From: Candidatus Hodarchaeota archaeon
GTDB lineage: Archaea; Asgardarchaeota; Heimdallarchaeia; Hodarchaeales; Hodarchaeaceae
Length of the DNA: 47,262 bases
Assembly: GCA_016839815.1 (NCBI GenBank)
Contig: JAEOTM010000097.1
Span: 1-47,262 of the forward strand
Reading direction: 5' to 3'
Under the pieces are notes generated by a model. The model was not told where the DNA came from. It did no database searches and was given only the letters and a program-made list of their open reading frames with translations. Of this stretch, positions 9,078-19,445 are shown one piece after another. Numbering within the stretch: position 1 is the first letter of the stretch; every line of letters begins with the position of its first letter. The translations under genes and the position numbers were made by a program.

Positions 9078-10298
9078 TTGCCAAAAGTAATTTGCTTGGG
9101 TGGGTGTGGGGTTGTTGGTAGTGTTGCAACAATAACACTAGCTGCTTTTCCTGACTTTTCTGAAATTGTGCTAGGAGATATCAATTCCGAAAAGGCCGAA
9201 GAGTTAATTAAAACCAATCCTGAGAAAATTTCCTTTCAGAAAATTGATGTGAATAATTTTAGTGAACTGGTTGAGACCCTGAAGGAGTTTGATGTTGTAG
9301 TAAACACCATTGGTCCATTTTATAAATATGGGCCTTTAGTACTAAAAGCTGCAATTCAAGCAGGAAAAAAATATATCGATGTAAGTGATGATGTCGATGC
9401 TACACACGCCGCTCTTGAGATGAACTCTGAAGCTGCAGCTGCAGATGTATCTGCAATAATTGGTTTAGGAAGTTCTCCTGGTGTAACTAATATTCTTGCA
9501 AGATTTGCAGCACAGAACTTACTTGATTCAGTGGACTCTATTGATTTGTATCATGCTCATGGAGGAGAGCCTGTTGAGGGTCCCGGTGTGATATTTCATA
9601 GAATTCATGCTATGACTACAGAAATTCCTGTTTACCTTGATGGAACCTTTAAATCAGTTACATTCTTTAGTGAGGAAGGAAGATCATTAGAGGAGGATAT
9701 TGAATTTGATAAAATCGGAGTTTATCACGTTCATCCATACCCTCATCCCGAGACGATTACATTACCAAGATACTTCCCCGAGGTAAATCGTGTAACCAAT
9801 AAGGGAACCGTGTTGCCCCCAGAGTATTTTTATCTAATAGTTGATTTAGTAAAGAACGGTTTGCATGAGGAGACTCCTATCAACGTAAAAGGTACACAAG
9901 ATCAAATAAAACCAATCGATTTTGCTATTTCCTACATAATTCATTCTCGAAATCGTATACTGAAGGAAATCAATTTTGGTACGCAACGCGGTTGTGTAAA
10001 AATCGTTGTGAAAGGAATTAAAGAAGAGAAACCGCACACAATAGAGTTTTCACTTGCCTCCGAGAATCAAGCTCTAGGAGAAGGAACTGGAATGCCAGTG
10101 GCGTTCGGAGCAATTATGTTACAGCGGGGACTCATAAGTGAGAAAGGAGTGTTACCTCCTGAAGCCTGTGTTGATCCCATGGAGTTCTTGGGAATTTTAC
10201 AGGAACACTTGAATCTGGAAAGTGCTAGTGGTGGCCCCTCTCCATTAACAATCAGGTCGATCGACGTTGATGGAAATATTGAAACTATTACTCTTTAG
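9078..10298 (+). CDS. Saccharopine dehydrogenase-like NAD(P)-dependent oxidoreductase
   Basis: Rossmann LGGCGVVG, VVVNTIGPFY, YIDVSDD, GLGSSPGVTN, HPETITLP, GVLPPE motifs. Confidence 0.88.
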   Translation: MPKVICLGGCGVVGSVATITLAAFPDFSEIVLGDINSEKAEELIKTNPEKISFQKIDVNNFSELVETLKEFDVVVNTIGPFYKYGPLVLKAAIQAGKKYIDVSDDVDATHAALEMNSEAAAADVSAIIGLGSSPGVTNILARFAAQNLLDSVDSIDLYHAHGGEPVEGPGVIFHRIHAMTTEIPVYLDGTFKSVTFFSEEGRSLEEDIEFDKIGVYHVHPYPHPETITLPRYFPEVNRVTNKGTVLPPEYFYLIVDLVKNGLHEETPINVKGTQDQIKPIDFAISYIIHSRNRILKEINFGTQRGCVKIVVKGIKEEKPHTIEFSLASENQALGEGTGMPVAFGAIMLQRGLISEKGVLPPEACVDPMEFLGILQEHLNLESASGGPSPLTIRSIDVDGNIETITL

Positions 10299-10317
10299 GA
10301 GACGACGGTGACAATAA

Positions 10318-11898
10318 ATGGTGAATACAACCCCGAAGAAATATATTTTAGCTATTGATCACGGTACAACAGGTATTAAGACTGCTCTAGTATCGGTGCA
10401 TGGAGAAGTCTTGGACTTTGTGTATGAACACACACCAGTTTATTTCAAAGATCAAGGAGGAGCAGAGCAAAATCCTAATGAATGGTGGCAAGCTATTGTT
10501 AAAACCTCAAGAGAATTACTAGCTAAGAATCTAGTTCCCGTGGAGGATATTGTTGCTCTTTCTGCTTCTTCTCAATGGTCAGGTACTATTGCTGTTGATG
10601 AAAAGGGGGATCCACTAATGAATGCTATCATCTGGATGGATTCCAGAGGAGCTAAGTATCTTAAGGAAAAAATCTTCCGAGGCTTGATTAAAATTTCCGG
10701 TTATCCGCTTAAAGACGTCGTTCGATTTCTTTATAAAACAGGAGGGGCACCTACACATTCTGGGAAAGATCCTATATCCCATATCCTGTTCATCAAATTT
10801 AAGTATCCTGAAATTTATGAGAAGACCTTTAAATTTCTTGAATGCATTGATTACCTTAATTTAAAGTTTACGGGAAAATTTGCTGCTTCTACTACTTCTA
10901 TCATCCTTCATTGGGTAACAAATAACAGAGACATCACTAATGTCCATTATGATAAGGGTTTAATCAAGCGCTTAAAAATCGATAAACAAAAATTACCTGA
11001 TCTCCATTCTCCTACCTCTATCCTAGGAGAAATTAGACCAGAAGTTGCTGATGAATTAGGCCTACATCGGAATGTGCAGGTTTCTATTGGAGCTCCAGAT
11101 TTACAGTCTGCAGTTATCGGATCAGGGGCGATAAATGATTATCAGGGGCATATCTATATTGGTACGAGCTCCTGGTTAATTTGTCATGTCCCTTACAAGA
11201 AAACTGATATTACGCATAATATTGCATCTATCCCTTCTTCAGTTCCAGGAAAATATTTCGTGGTTAACGAACAAGAGACCGCAGGAGCTAGTTTAACCTT
11301 TCTACGGGATAATCTCTTCTATCCTGAGGATGAAAAACTATTTGGAAATTCAGAGGTATATCAAGCCTTTGACGAAAAAGTAAAACAAGTTCCCGCGGGA
11401 AGTAATGGAATAATATTCACTCCTTGGTTATATGGTGAGCGTACACCAGTAGAAGACCATAAATTACGAGGAAACATTTTTAATTTGTCCCTAACGACTA
11501 ATAGAGAAGAAATTATTAGAGCAGCATTTGAGGGTGTGGCCTATAATACCCGCTGGGTTTTGAAGTATGTTGAAAAATTCACCAAACGTAGATTGGATCC
11601 CCTTAACATCATTGGTGGAGGTGCCAAGTCCGATATTTGGTGTCAAATATATGCTGATGTCCTTAACCGCACTATTCGTCAGGTAAAGGATCCCATCCAA
11701 GCGAATGCGCGTGGTGCAGCTTTTCTTGCCTCGGTTGCTTTAGGATATATAAAATTTGAAGATATTCCCCACCTGACCCAGATTTCGAAAACCTATGTAC
11801 CAAATCCTCAGAATGTGAAACTTTATGATAGAATTTTTAAAGAATTCTTATTACTTTATAAGAATAACAAAAAAGCTTTTCACCGCATGAACTCATAA
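10318..11898 (+). CDS. FGGY-family carbohydrate kinase (xylulokinase-like)
   Basis: LAIDHGTTGIK, EQNPNEWW, IIWMDSR, IGTSSW, PWLYGERTP, RAAFEGVA, GGGAKS, ARGAA. Confidence 0.92.
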   Translation: MVNTTPKKYILAIDHGTTGIKTALVSVHGEVLDFVYEHTPVYFKDQGGAEQNPNEWWQAIVKTSRELLAKNLVPVEDIVALSASSQWSGTIAVDEKGDPLMNAIIWMDSRGAKYLKEKIFRGLIKISGYPLKDVVRFLYKTGGAPTHSGKDPISHILFIKFKYPEIYEKTFKFLECIDYLNLKFTGKFAASTTSIILHWVTNNRDITNVHYDKGLIKRLKIDKQKLPDLHSPTSILGEIRPEVADELGLHRNVQVSIGAPDLQSAVIGSGAINDYQGHIYIGTSSWLICHVPYKKTDITHNIASIPSSVPGKYFVVNEQETAGASLTFLRDNLFYPEDEKLFGNSEVYQAFDEKVKQVPAGSNGIIFTPWLYGERTPVEDHKLRGNIFNLSLTTNREEIIRAAFEGVAYNTRWVLKYVEKFTKRRLDPLNIIGGGAKSDIWCQIYADVLNRTIRQVKDPIQANARGAAFLASVALGYIKFEDIPHLTQISKTYVPNPQNVKLYDRIFKEFLLLYKNNKKAFHRMNS

Positions 11899-11924
11899 GA
11901 ACTTAATCTTTATAGAACTTTTAC

Positions 11925-13247
11925 TTAGCAAGATTTAGCGTTACTTTCTCCTGACTTATCAATTGCCCATTTGATTGCCATAGGACCGAATATTTGAAAT
12001 ATTATAGTGCTAGCAGTAATTGTATTCAGTATAAAAACCCCTAACAACCCTGCTTCAGCTCCAAATTGGGCATAATGTTCTGAGATGATGACTGCTAGTC
12101 CAAGAGCTACACCAGCCTGAGATAAAAGACAGAATCCTATGTATTTTTGAACAACTGGGGAAGCTTGGGCTATAACTCCTCCAAAATATGCTCCTCCACT
12201 TTTTGCTAAGGTCCGTACAACCATGTAGACTATTCCTACTAATCCAATTTCCATTAACGAAGTTAGATCGAGGCTTACGCCAATAAGGATAAAGAATAGA
12301 GCAATAACGGGAGTAGAAAGACGGAAAACTTCATGAAATATTTGGTGAGGTTCAGTCTTCAGCTCACCATTTTTCTTTCTATCATAAATTATTTCCATTA
12401 TCTTGGGTGAGGATAGCCCTAGCACTTCTTGTAGGGCTTTCTTTGTTGGATAATCAATATCGGGTTTTTTACATAGACTAGCTACAGTTATTCCAAATAT
12501 CATTGTGGGTAAAATATATGAAATATGTAAAATGCTTGCAGCACCAATGCAGATGAAGATAGAACCCACAACAAGACTTATAAATTTACCATGATCCTCT
12601 ACTCGGTTTAAAGCATACACAATTAATATTCCTGACATAAATCCTAACAAGAACGAGGCTGATAAATCAAAAACTATAGGTAAGAATAATTCTGGAAGAT
12701 TGACTTTATGACCACTATACACAATTGAAGTATAATCCATTGCTAGATCGGTTAGAATTATTGCCACGATGTCATCTAAAGCAAGAATAAACATTGTCGC
12801 GGTTGTTAGTGGGCCTATACAATGATTCTCCCAAAATATTGCAGCAGTTCCTGCAGGTGCTGTTGCTGATGCCAGTGCACCGAATACCAATGCCACATGA
12901 AAAGGAAAATCCAAAGCATAAACTACTATTGTTACCGCTATAAATGTCAAAAGTGATTCAAATAACAAAATAACGACAATTTTTGTAGACAAGTTCTTGA
13001 TCGTATTCCAATCGATTTCTGAACCCAGATTGAATCCAATAAATCCTAAGGTGACAGCTACTACTATATCTAAGAGATCTGCAAAATTAACTTTATTCTC
13101 AGTTACTAAAAAGAACAGATTAAGCAATACTCCTACTAAAAGGAATCCAAGTATTTCTGGGAAATTTAATTTCTTTAAGAAATTTGATCCTATTACACCA
13201 ATAGTTAAGATTAACCCTATTTGAAGTAGAAATTCATATTCAGCCAT
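11925..13247 (-). CDS. Cation:proton antiporter (Na+/H+ exchanger family)
   Basis: Many TM helices; ASATAPA, LALDD and SQAGVALGLA motifs. Confidence 0.88.
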   Translation of the reverse strand: MAEYEFLLQIGLILTIGVIGSNFLKKLNFPEILGFLLVGVLLNLFFLVTENKVNFADLLDIVVAVTLGFIGFNLGSEIDWNTIKNLSTKIVVILLFESLLTFIAVTIVVYALDFPFHVALVFGALASATAPAGTAAIFWENHCIGPLTTATMFILALDDIVAIILTDLAMDYTSIVYSGHKVNLPELFLPIVFDLSASFLLGFMSGILIVYALNRVEDHGKFISLVVGSIFICIGAASILHISYILPTMIFGITVASLCKKPDIDYPTKKALQEVLGLSSPKIMEIIYDRKKNGELKTEPHQIFHEVFRLSTPVIALFFILIGVSLDLTSLMEIGLVGIVYMVVRTLAKSGGAYFGGVIAQASPVVQKYIGFCLLSQAGVALGLAVIISEHYAQFGAEAGLLGVFILNTITASTIIFQIFGPMAIKWAIDKSGESNAKSC

Positions 13248-13362
13248 CTGACATCATAATGGCGAGATTTTGCTTCTTCTAAAAACATCTAGATTTCAAC
13301 TTTGCCTATTGAAAATCACGAATAATCATACCTACTCCGTCCAAATTCTGTTTATTGTTCGA

Positions 13363-14328
13363 TCACTCATTTTGATTCCGATTTACTAAGTAAATTCCTC
13401 TAGATATTAATAAAAAAGCTGAAATATGAATAAGTGGATCAAACAATTCTTTAAGAAATATAACTGAGAGTATAACCCCCCAAACTGGAACTAAATTTAT
13501 AAATATGGCTGCTCTACTGGCATTTAGTCGCTTTACTGCTTCTAAATAAAGCCAATAAGCACCAACCGTTGATAAAAAAGAAAGATAGGCTGTTCCAATC
13601 CATACTCGATTAGGAATTGTGAAATATTGAAGAGGATTTAAATATTCAGGATTTAGGATTAATGCGATAGGAGTTGTGAGGAGAAAACCAAGGAAAGATA
13701 CCCAAGTAATCACAAAAAGTGAAGAGGGTCTATCAGAGGGATCATCAAAGCCATTCATGTAATAGCGATATATGATTGTGTAGATTGCATAACCTAATGC
13801 CGCAAAAAGGATGAATAGATCCCCTAATAACGGATTTGGAGCATCTTCATTGGGTGAGAATGCAGCAACAAGGGCAACTCCAAGGAATGATAGGAATATT
13901 CCTCTTGCCTTTTTCCGACTAAAGCCTTCCCCAAGAATCAGTCCCGATAAGATAAAGACCCAGATAGGATTAGTTGCGACAATCAAACTTGCATCGCTTG
14001 CAGCAGTAAAATATTCTCCATATAAGTAACCAATCTGGTAAACAGTTACAGAGGTGAATCCCATTAATGCTATTGGTTGCCAGTGATCGATAAGGATTGA
14101 AGAATGTAGTGTTCCTTCTCGCCAGTATAATAAAACAAAGAAAACAAGGATTACTATAAAGTATCTAACAATTGCAATCATCAAAGGAGGAATTGTATCT
14201 CCCCCTACATCTTCAGATACTAACCATCTACCAATAGGCCAACTTCCTCCCCAAAATACAGTGGCTAGAAGTAGAAATAGGTATGGTTTGATTTCATTCT
14301 GGTTTTCTTTATTTTGGGTCGTTTCCAA
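13363..14328 (-). CDS. DMT/EamA-family transporter
   Basis: About 10 TM in two EamA repeats; FWGGSW, ASLIVATNPI, AAIFINLVPV. Confidence 0.9.
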   Translation of the reverse strand: METTQNKENQNEIKPYLFLLLATVFWGGSWPIGRWLVSEDVGGDTIPPLMIAIVRYFIVILVFFVLLYWREGTLHSSILIDHWQPIALMGFTSVTVYQIGYLYGEYFTAASDASLIVATNPIWVFILSGLILGEGFSRKKARGIFLSFLGVALVAAFSPNEDAPNPLLGDLFILFAALGYAIYTIIYRYYMNGFDDPSDRPSSLFVITWVSFLGFLLTTPIALILNPEYLNPLQYFTIPNRVWIGTAYLSFLSTVGAYWLYLEAVKRLNASRAAIFINLVPVWGVILSVIFLKELFDPLIHISAFLLISRGIYLVNRNQNE

Positions 14329-14464
14329 TCAGGTTCAACTGATTTACACCAATTTCCTAGCGATATTTGAGGTTAGTCACTCTGATAAACCATCAAGACT
14401 GGATATTTCTTGAATGATGTTAATATCAAGATAAAAATCCGGATTTAATAGGCTCACTGCTTGT

Positions 14465-17400
14465 TTATCCCTCCAATTTTTCCGTAAATTTCAATTCACT
14501 AACGATTTTTATAAAAAGCTCAATTTGGTCAGCATTCGGAATTTTAATCTCTGTTAAGTGATTTGTGGATAAGGGAACATACTCTTTCGGAAATTTTAAG
14601 GAGTAATTCATTGCTACTGGAACACTACTACTCTCTTCCTGAAAGAATAAGAGTTTATGACCGTCTATTACCTCACTAAACACATGAATCCCATCATGGT
14701 TTATTGAAATTCCTCGGACATGATTATGAAGAATGTTCTTTGCTAGGTTTTGACTTCTGATAATCATCTCTATGGGTATTGTTTTAACTTCACGGGGTTC
14801 AGAATGAAATCCTCTCATGGTTGCTTCATTCACAGTCTTACTGAAGTATACTATTGGATAGATTATCAGTAAAAGGTAAATTCCCACCTCATATATTGAA
14901 TAAATTAAAAATTCTGTGGGTTCGAGGGGAACAGAAGCAGAATAATCCCTGTAGATCCAATCAGAAATAGGAAATGGTCCAAAGATCGAATATAAGACTG
15001 TTTGGAATAGAATATGACCTAGGATGAGAAGAATGAAACCAAAAGCACCCCCTGATCCATATGATTTCAAAAGGTAAAAATGTTCCTGGAAGGACAGTTC
15101 CGATTCAATTCCTCTAATAATCATGAAATACCAAAATTTTTGGAAAAGATACAGAATAAAAACTCCCACTAAAAGAAATGAGATAAACATAAAGAGATTG
15201 AGGGGGAAATCTGCACCTGGATACCAAAAATCTTGATTTCTTTCATGAACGGGGATAAATAAGACGATTAGTGTGAGAACCGCTGTTAATAAAGAAAATG
15301 CAAGTGTACATATTCCTACACAAGCCCAAAACAGACTAGAAAGGATAGAGTAGATGAAAGATTCGGGAGCTTCTTTATGGGTGAGATAATAAACTATAGG
15401 AGTTATCAACGCCATACCGACAATTGCTAGTAATGGATTAAAAATCATAAAGGAAGAAGGTTGTTGAGGGCCCAAAATTTCCGAAAATTGAATAAATCCT
15501 CTAACTGCAGTATCAAAGGTATTCAACCCCCGAATAACTATTGACACATCCATTATGTAATTAAATGTGATGATAGCCATTAATAATAGAAAAACCGTTT
15601 GGAGAGGGAGTGTATTATTCCTAATAAATCGAAAAATCCCACTTTTAGATATACCCTCAAGCAATTTTCTCTGTTCATATGATGTGGTAGTTCTTCCTGT
15701 GAGGAATGGACTAATAAAATGAGAATTTTGATTTATTGGATTAGAGGAGCTGCTTAATCCAGGTTTTTGTGAATATACCGCTCTATAATCTGTACTCGAT
15801 CGATATGGATCTTTTTCTTTATATCCTTTAACCATTGGACGTCCAGAAATGGTTGCTACAATATTCTTTCGACTAGATCGGAAAGATGGTAGAATCGTAC
15901 TAAATATGGTAATTAGAAACGAAAAACTCATCCAAATAATGATATCAGTTACGGGAAAAGAAACATTGATAGGGATGGATTCAGAGATATAATCAGCTAA
16001 GAGAATTGCACCAATAACTCCATCTAATAATCCAACAATCAATGCGGAAGCTCCGAGAGCAATGGACTCCGTCATAAAAATTCCAAAAACCCCTCTGCGG
16101 TTCAATCCTAAGCTACGCATGATACCGATTTCACGTTCCATTCGTAAAGTCGAAACTAAAATGCAGACAAATTGTGCTATCGCAGCTAGGATAAATGATT
16201 CAATAAAAAGGACTTGAAAAATTGCAGATTGAAAAATCAAGCTTTTTTTCATCATTTCAGAGAAAAATGTTATTGGTATAATCCCATCCTCTTTAAATTC
16301 AGGGTACATAAGTTCAAGACTTCTCTTCACACTTGAAAATCTCTCATCATTCACATCACAGAGGAACCATTTGGCCATAGTCGTGTTGAAGAATTCACGG
16401 AAGTGTGCAGTAGGGATGTACAAATATTCTCCGTTTCCTAGAAATACATTTGCTTTGATTACGGCAGCTAAAGTTATATTAACGGTTGAATTGTCTGCAA
16501 TTTTTAATGTAATATTAGATCCCAAAGGTTCATGGAGTCTTTGATAGAGTAAATGAGAAATAACACCAAATGTTTGATTTACATTCGACTGATTGAGCAT
16601 AATATATGGATCCATTGTAGAAATACTATCTATTGTGGGTTCACTAAAATAAGCGTATTTGGCTGGATCGACTCCAAATGCATAACTAGATACATCCCCT
16701 ATTTCCGTCCTTACCTCCTGTATAAAAGAACTTTTATTTACATGTAGAATGTTATCAATACGATCTGTAGCATTAGTAGGAAGAGGTTCTGCATCTCTAG
16801 TTTCAGCTACTAAGTCTATTGCACCCCATTGATTTTCATAATAGGCTGGTACACCAGAAACAACAGCAGCACTAATTAACCCTACAACGATAATGAAAGC
16901 TAATGCTAATGCAGAAGTCATTATTGTAAATAGAGACTTCTGAAACTCACGGGCTATATTACGGGTTGAAATCGTGCGTGTTATGAAACTGAATCCAATT
17001 AGAGCTTTCATTGCAATTTTGGGTAGGAATACCAGAATTCCTATCTCCAACAATACGGTTCCTATAAATATCAACATAACAGCAAGAAAATGGATCGATA
17101 AAATCTCAAAATCTAGGAAACGTGAAGGGCCTACATAATATTGTAAGATGAATCCAACAAGAGCAAGAAGAGCACCTGTTACAATATTATATTTCCAAGA
17201 AATCGTTAATCCTCCGAAAGAGGATCCACTTCGCATTCTAGAATGAATATTTTGTACTATAGGCATAGAAATAGCCAGAAAAATTGGATAAAGACCTGAA
17301 ATTAATGCTACTAGTACTCCTGATAGATAAGTTACAATAATCGAGGTAGTGTGAATAGAGACTTGCTGAAACTCAACGCCCACATAATAATCATCCATAA

Positions 17401-18631
17401 TCCCCACAAGAACGTTGGAAAATGCGATTCCAACCATTACTCCTATAGTACATCCGATCGCGGAATAGATTAGTATTTCCAAAGCCACTGATTCAATTAG
17501 TTGGTAGGCTTTTCCTCCCACGGCACGCAAAATACCGAATTCTTTTGATCGATCTCTAATTGAAATTGCTAAAACGTTTGTAATAAACAAAAATTCCACA
17601 ACAAATGATGCCATGATTACTAAATTCATTGCAGTCTGATAAGCTCGGATCCCTGACGCCTCAATTTCTGAAATGTCTTTTTCTGAGAATACATAATAAT
17701 CTATGCCCACGACATCTTTGATGTTCTCACTAATCTTTTTAATATTCACTAGATTATTGATTTGTATATCTATTTCACTTGATAATATAGAAAAAAGCTG
17801 ATTTTCGTCCACTATGTCATAAAGAAGGTCTAAATCTAAAAGAATAAAGGCAAAACCAATCTTATTTCCGAAAAAGGGTTCATCACTCATTACACCTCCA
17901 AGAGTAACTTCTTGCGATTTGAACTCTGGTCTTAAATCATTGAGATTAATACTATCTCCAATAACCAGACCACCCTGATTAAATAATGATTCTGAAATAA
18001 TTATTCGATTATCTTTTAAACTAAGTTTACCCTGAGTAATATTGATTTGACGGAAATCTGGATGTGTTCTTGAATCAATACCATAAATTAATATGTTACT
18101 TCTTCTTACAGTACCTCCAAATAAGCTACTCACTCGTGCATAAAATACAGGACTTGCTTTTACAACACCCGAGACTCTAGCGATTTTTTCTGTCATTCGT
18201 GTCATAGTTGTGAGATTTTGCCATCGTACAGGGTGGACTGTAATGTCTGTGAAGTTTTGATTTCGATGGTCAAATACAAAATCGTCGTAAAGAGTGTCAA
18301 CCGAAATCACAATCCCTGTTTCAAGAGCTACAGTTAACAAAATGCCTAAAACTAGGAGAAAGGTTCTATATTTTGATCTGGTAACATTTCGTCGAGCTAA
18401 TCCCCAAGAAAGTTTGATTCCAGCTCCTCTTTGCTTAATCTTCTTTTTCCATGAAAATTGATTGAGTTTTCGAGTCTGTACTTGAATTGATCTGTGTGTG
18501 TGAGATTTAATATCTTTTAATTCAGACTGTAACTTGCGTAATTTAGTCGCTGTAACTAACCGTTTCCCTTGTTGTATACTTTTCTTTAGATAATCATTTT
18601 CTGAATTGTTATCTTCCGAAAAGTCTCTCAT
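14465..18631 (-). CDS. Large FtsX/MacB-type ABC permease (two FtsX repeats) with extra C-terminal TM and soluble regions
   Basis: RDRSKEFGILRAVG and MEREIGIMRSLG FtsX motifs, two extracellular MacB-like loops, 1388 aa. Confidence 0.88.
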   Translation of the reverse strand: MRDFSEDNNSENDYLKKSIQQGKRLVTATKLRKLQSELKDIKSHTHRSIQVQTRKLNQFSWKKKIKQRGAGIKLSWGLARRNVTRSKYRTFLLVLGILLTVALETGIVISVDTLYDDFVFDHRNQNFTDITVHPVRWQNLTTMTRMTEKIARVSGVVKASPVFYARVSSLFGGTVRRSNILIYGIDSRTHPDFRQINITQGKLSLKDNRIIISESLFNQGGLVIGDSINLNDLRPEFKSQEVTLGGVMSDEPFFGNKIGFAFILLDLDLLYDIVDENQLFSILSSEIDIQINNLVNIKKISENIKDVVGIDYYVFSEKDISEIEASGIRAYQTAMNLVIMASFVVEFLFITNVLAISIRDRSKEFGILRAVGGKAYQLIESVALEILIYSAIGCTIGVMVGIAFSNVLVGIMDDYYVGVEFQQVSIHTTSIIVTYLSGVLVALISGLYPIFLAISMPIVQNIHSRMRSGSSFGGLTISWKYNIVTGALLALVGFILQYYVGPSRFLDFEILSIHFLAVMLIFIGTVLLEIGILVFLPKIAMKALIGFSFITRTISTRNIAREFQKSLFTIMTSALALAFIIVVGLISAAVVSGVPAYYENQWGAIDLVAETRDAEPLPTNATDRIDNILHVNKSSFIQEVRTEIGDVSSYAFGVDPAKYAYFSEPTIDSISTMDPYIMLNQSNVNQTFGVISHLLYQRLHEPLGSNITLKIADNSTVNITLAAVIKANVFLGNGEYLYIPTAHFREFFNTTMAKWFLCDVNDERFSSVKRSLELMYPEFKEDGIIPITFFSEMMKKSLIFQSAIFQVLFIESFILAAIAQFVCILVSTLRMEREIGIMRSLGLNRRGVFGIFMTESIALGASALIVGLLDGVIGAILLADYISESIPINVSFPVTDIIIWMSFSFLITIFSTILPSFRSSRKNIVATISGRPMVKGYKEKDPYRSSTDYRAVYSQKPGLSSSSNPINQNSHFISPFLTGRTTTSYEQRKLLEGISKSGIFRFIRNNTLPLQTVFLLLMAIITFNYIMDVSIVIRGLNTFDTAVRGFIQFSEILGPQQPSSFMIFNPLLAIVGMALITPIVYYLTHKEAPESFIYSILSSLFWACVGICTLAFSLLTAVLTLIVLFIPVHERNQDFWYPGADFPLNLFMFISFLLVGVFILYLFQKFWYFMIIRGIESELSFQEHFYLLKSYGSGGAFGFILLILGHILFQTVLYSIFGPFPISDWIYRDYSASVPLEPTEFLIYSIYEVGIYLLLIIYPIVYFSKTVNEATMRGFHSEPREVKTIPIEMIIRSQNLAKNILHNHVRGISINHDGIHVFSEVIDGHKLLFFQEESSSVPVAMNYSLKFPKEYVPLSTNHLTEIKIPNADQIELFIKIVSELKFTEKLEG

Positions 18632-18905
18632 ATACAGAATACCCTCAATTCTTCTCTCTGCTTTAAGTCGAAATTTTCTTATTAAAAAATGATGAAAACT
18701 GCATTCATTCTTAATCCTTTGTATCTATTATAAGATTGCTCTGTCGGAACTCGGTTCATTCCCTCTCTCAAGCATAATTCTACACCTTTTCTTCTCTTTT
18801 CCGTACAGAATTTACTTAAAGGAAAAATAATAAAAATTTATCTTCAATTTTACCCTTAATTACCCTTATATGAGAAATAATCAGTGATTAACTTGGTGAA
18901 ATCTC

Positions 18906-19439
18906 TTGACTAGTCACTCAACTTCTGGCCCAATAAAATTTGAAAAAATTCAGGTGTCTAAGCAACGCAGTATTAACATAAAGTTGTGGGGACCTGCTGA
19001 ACATCCTCAATGGGGAATGAAACGGTCTACAATTGAAATTCAAGAAGCTAGGAAGAACGAAGAGGGCCAAATCTCTTATGGAAAGGCAATCAGAATTCCT
19101 TGTGATGGCATAGCCGCGTTATTGGCTGCTTATCTGTCAGTATACCTAATAGAAGGACGTAAACTGAATAAACAAATCAAAAGCGATCCAAAATCATTCC
19201 AACCTGAGGGTTCTGGAATCAAATCGGAAGAAATCGAAAAGCTATTACTAGATCAGTTTAATAATCAAAAAATATCTAAAACCAGAATTCTCCAGACACT
19301 AAGCACAAAGGGACTCGATATCAATAGTGATGCACTTCTAGACATATTAGAATCTCTCGTTAAGGATCAACGAATAAAAAAAGAATCAGCAATTCATTCG
19401 GGGTCAGGAAATACTTATACTTTATGGCATTTTAGATAA
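18906..19439 (+). CDS. Putative nucleic-acid-binding protein: PC4-like N-domain plus C-terminal winged helix
   Basis: GGTGA 6 nt before TTG; IEIQEARKNEEGQISYGKAIRIP resembles the PC4 hairpin; the C-terminal helix-helix-helix-wing pattern ends in TYTLWHFR. Confidence 0.6.
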   Translation: MTSHSTSGPIKFEKIQVSKQRSINIKLWGPAEHPQWGMKRSTIEIQEARKNEEGQISYGKAIRIPCDGIAALLAAYLSVYLIEGRKLNKQIKSDPKSFQPEGSGIKSEEIEKLLLDQFNNQKISKTRILQTLSTKGLDINSDALLDILESLVKDQRIKKESAIHSGSGNTYTLWHFR

Positions 19440-19445
19440 AATAGG

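Noticed and set aside
13248-13362. Fluoride or other riboswitch upstream of the antiporter
   Set aside because: Consensus motifs absent; only a weak AT-rich dyad.
18689-18695. ATGATGA box C motif (C/D sRNA)
   Set aside because: No CTGA box D at a suitable distance.
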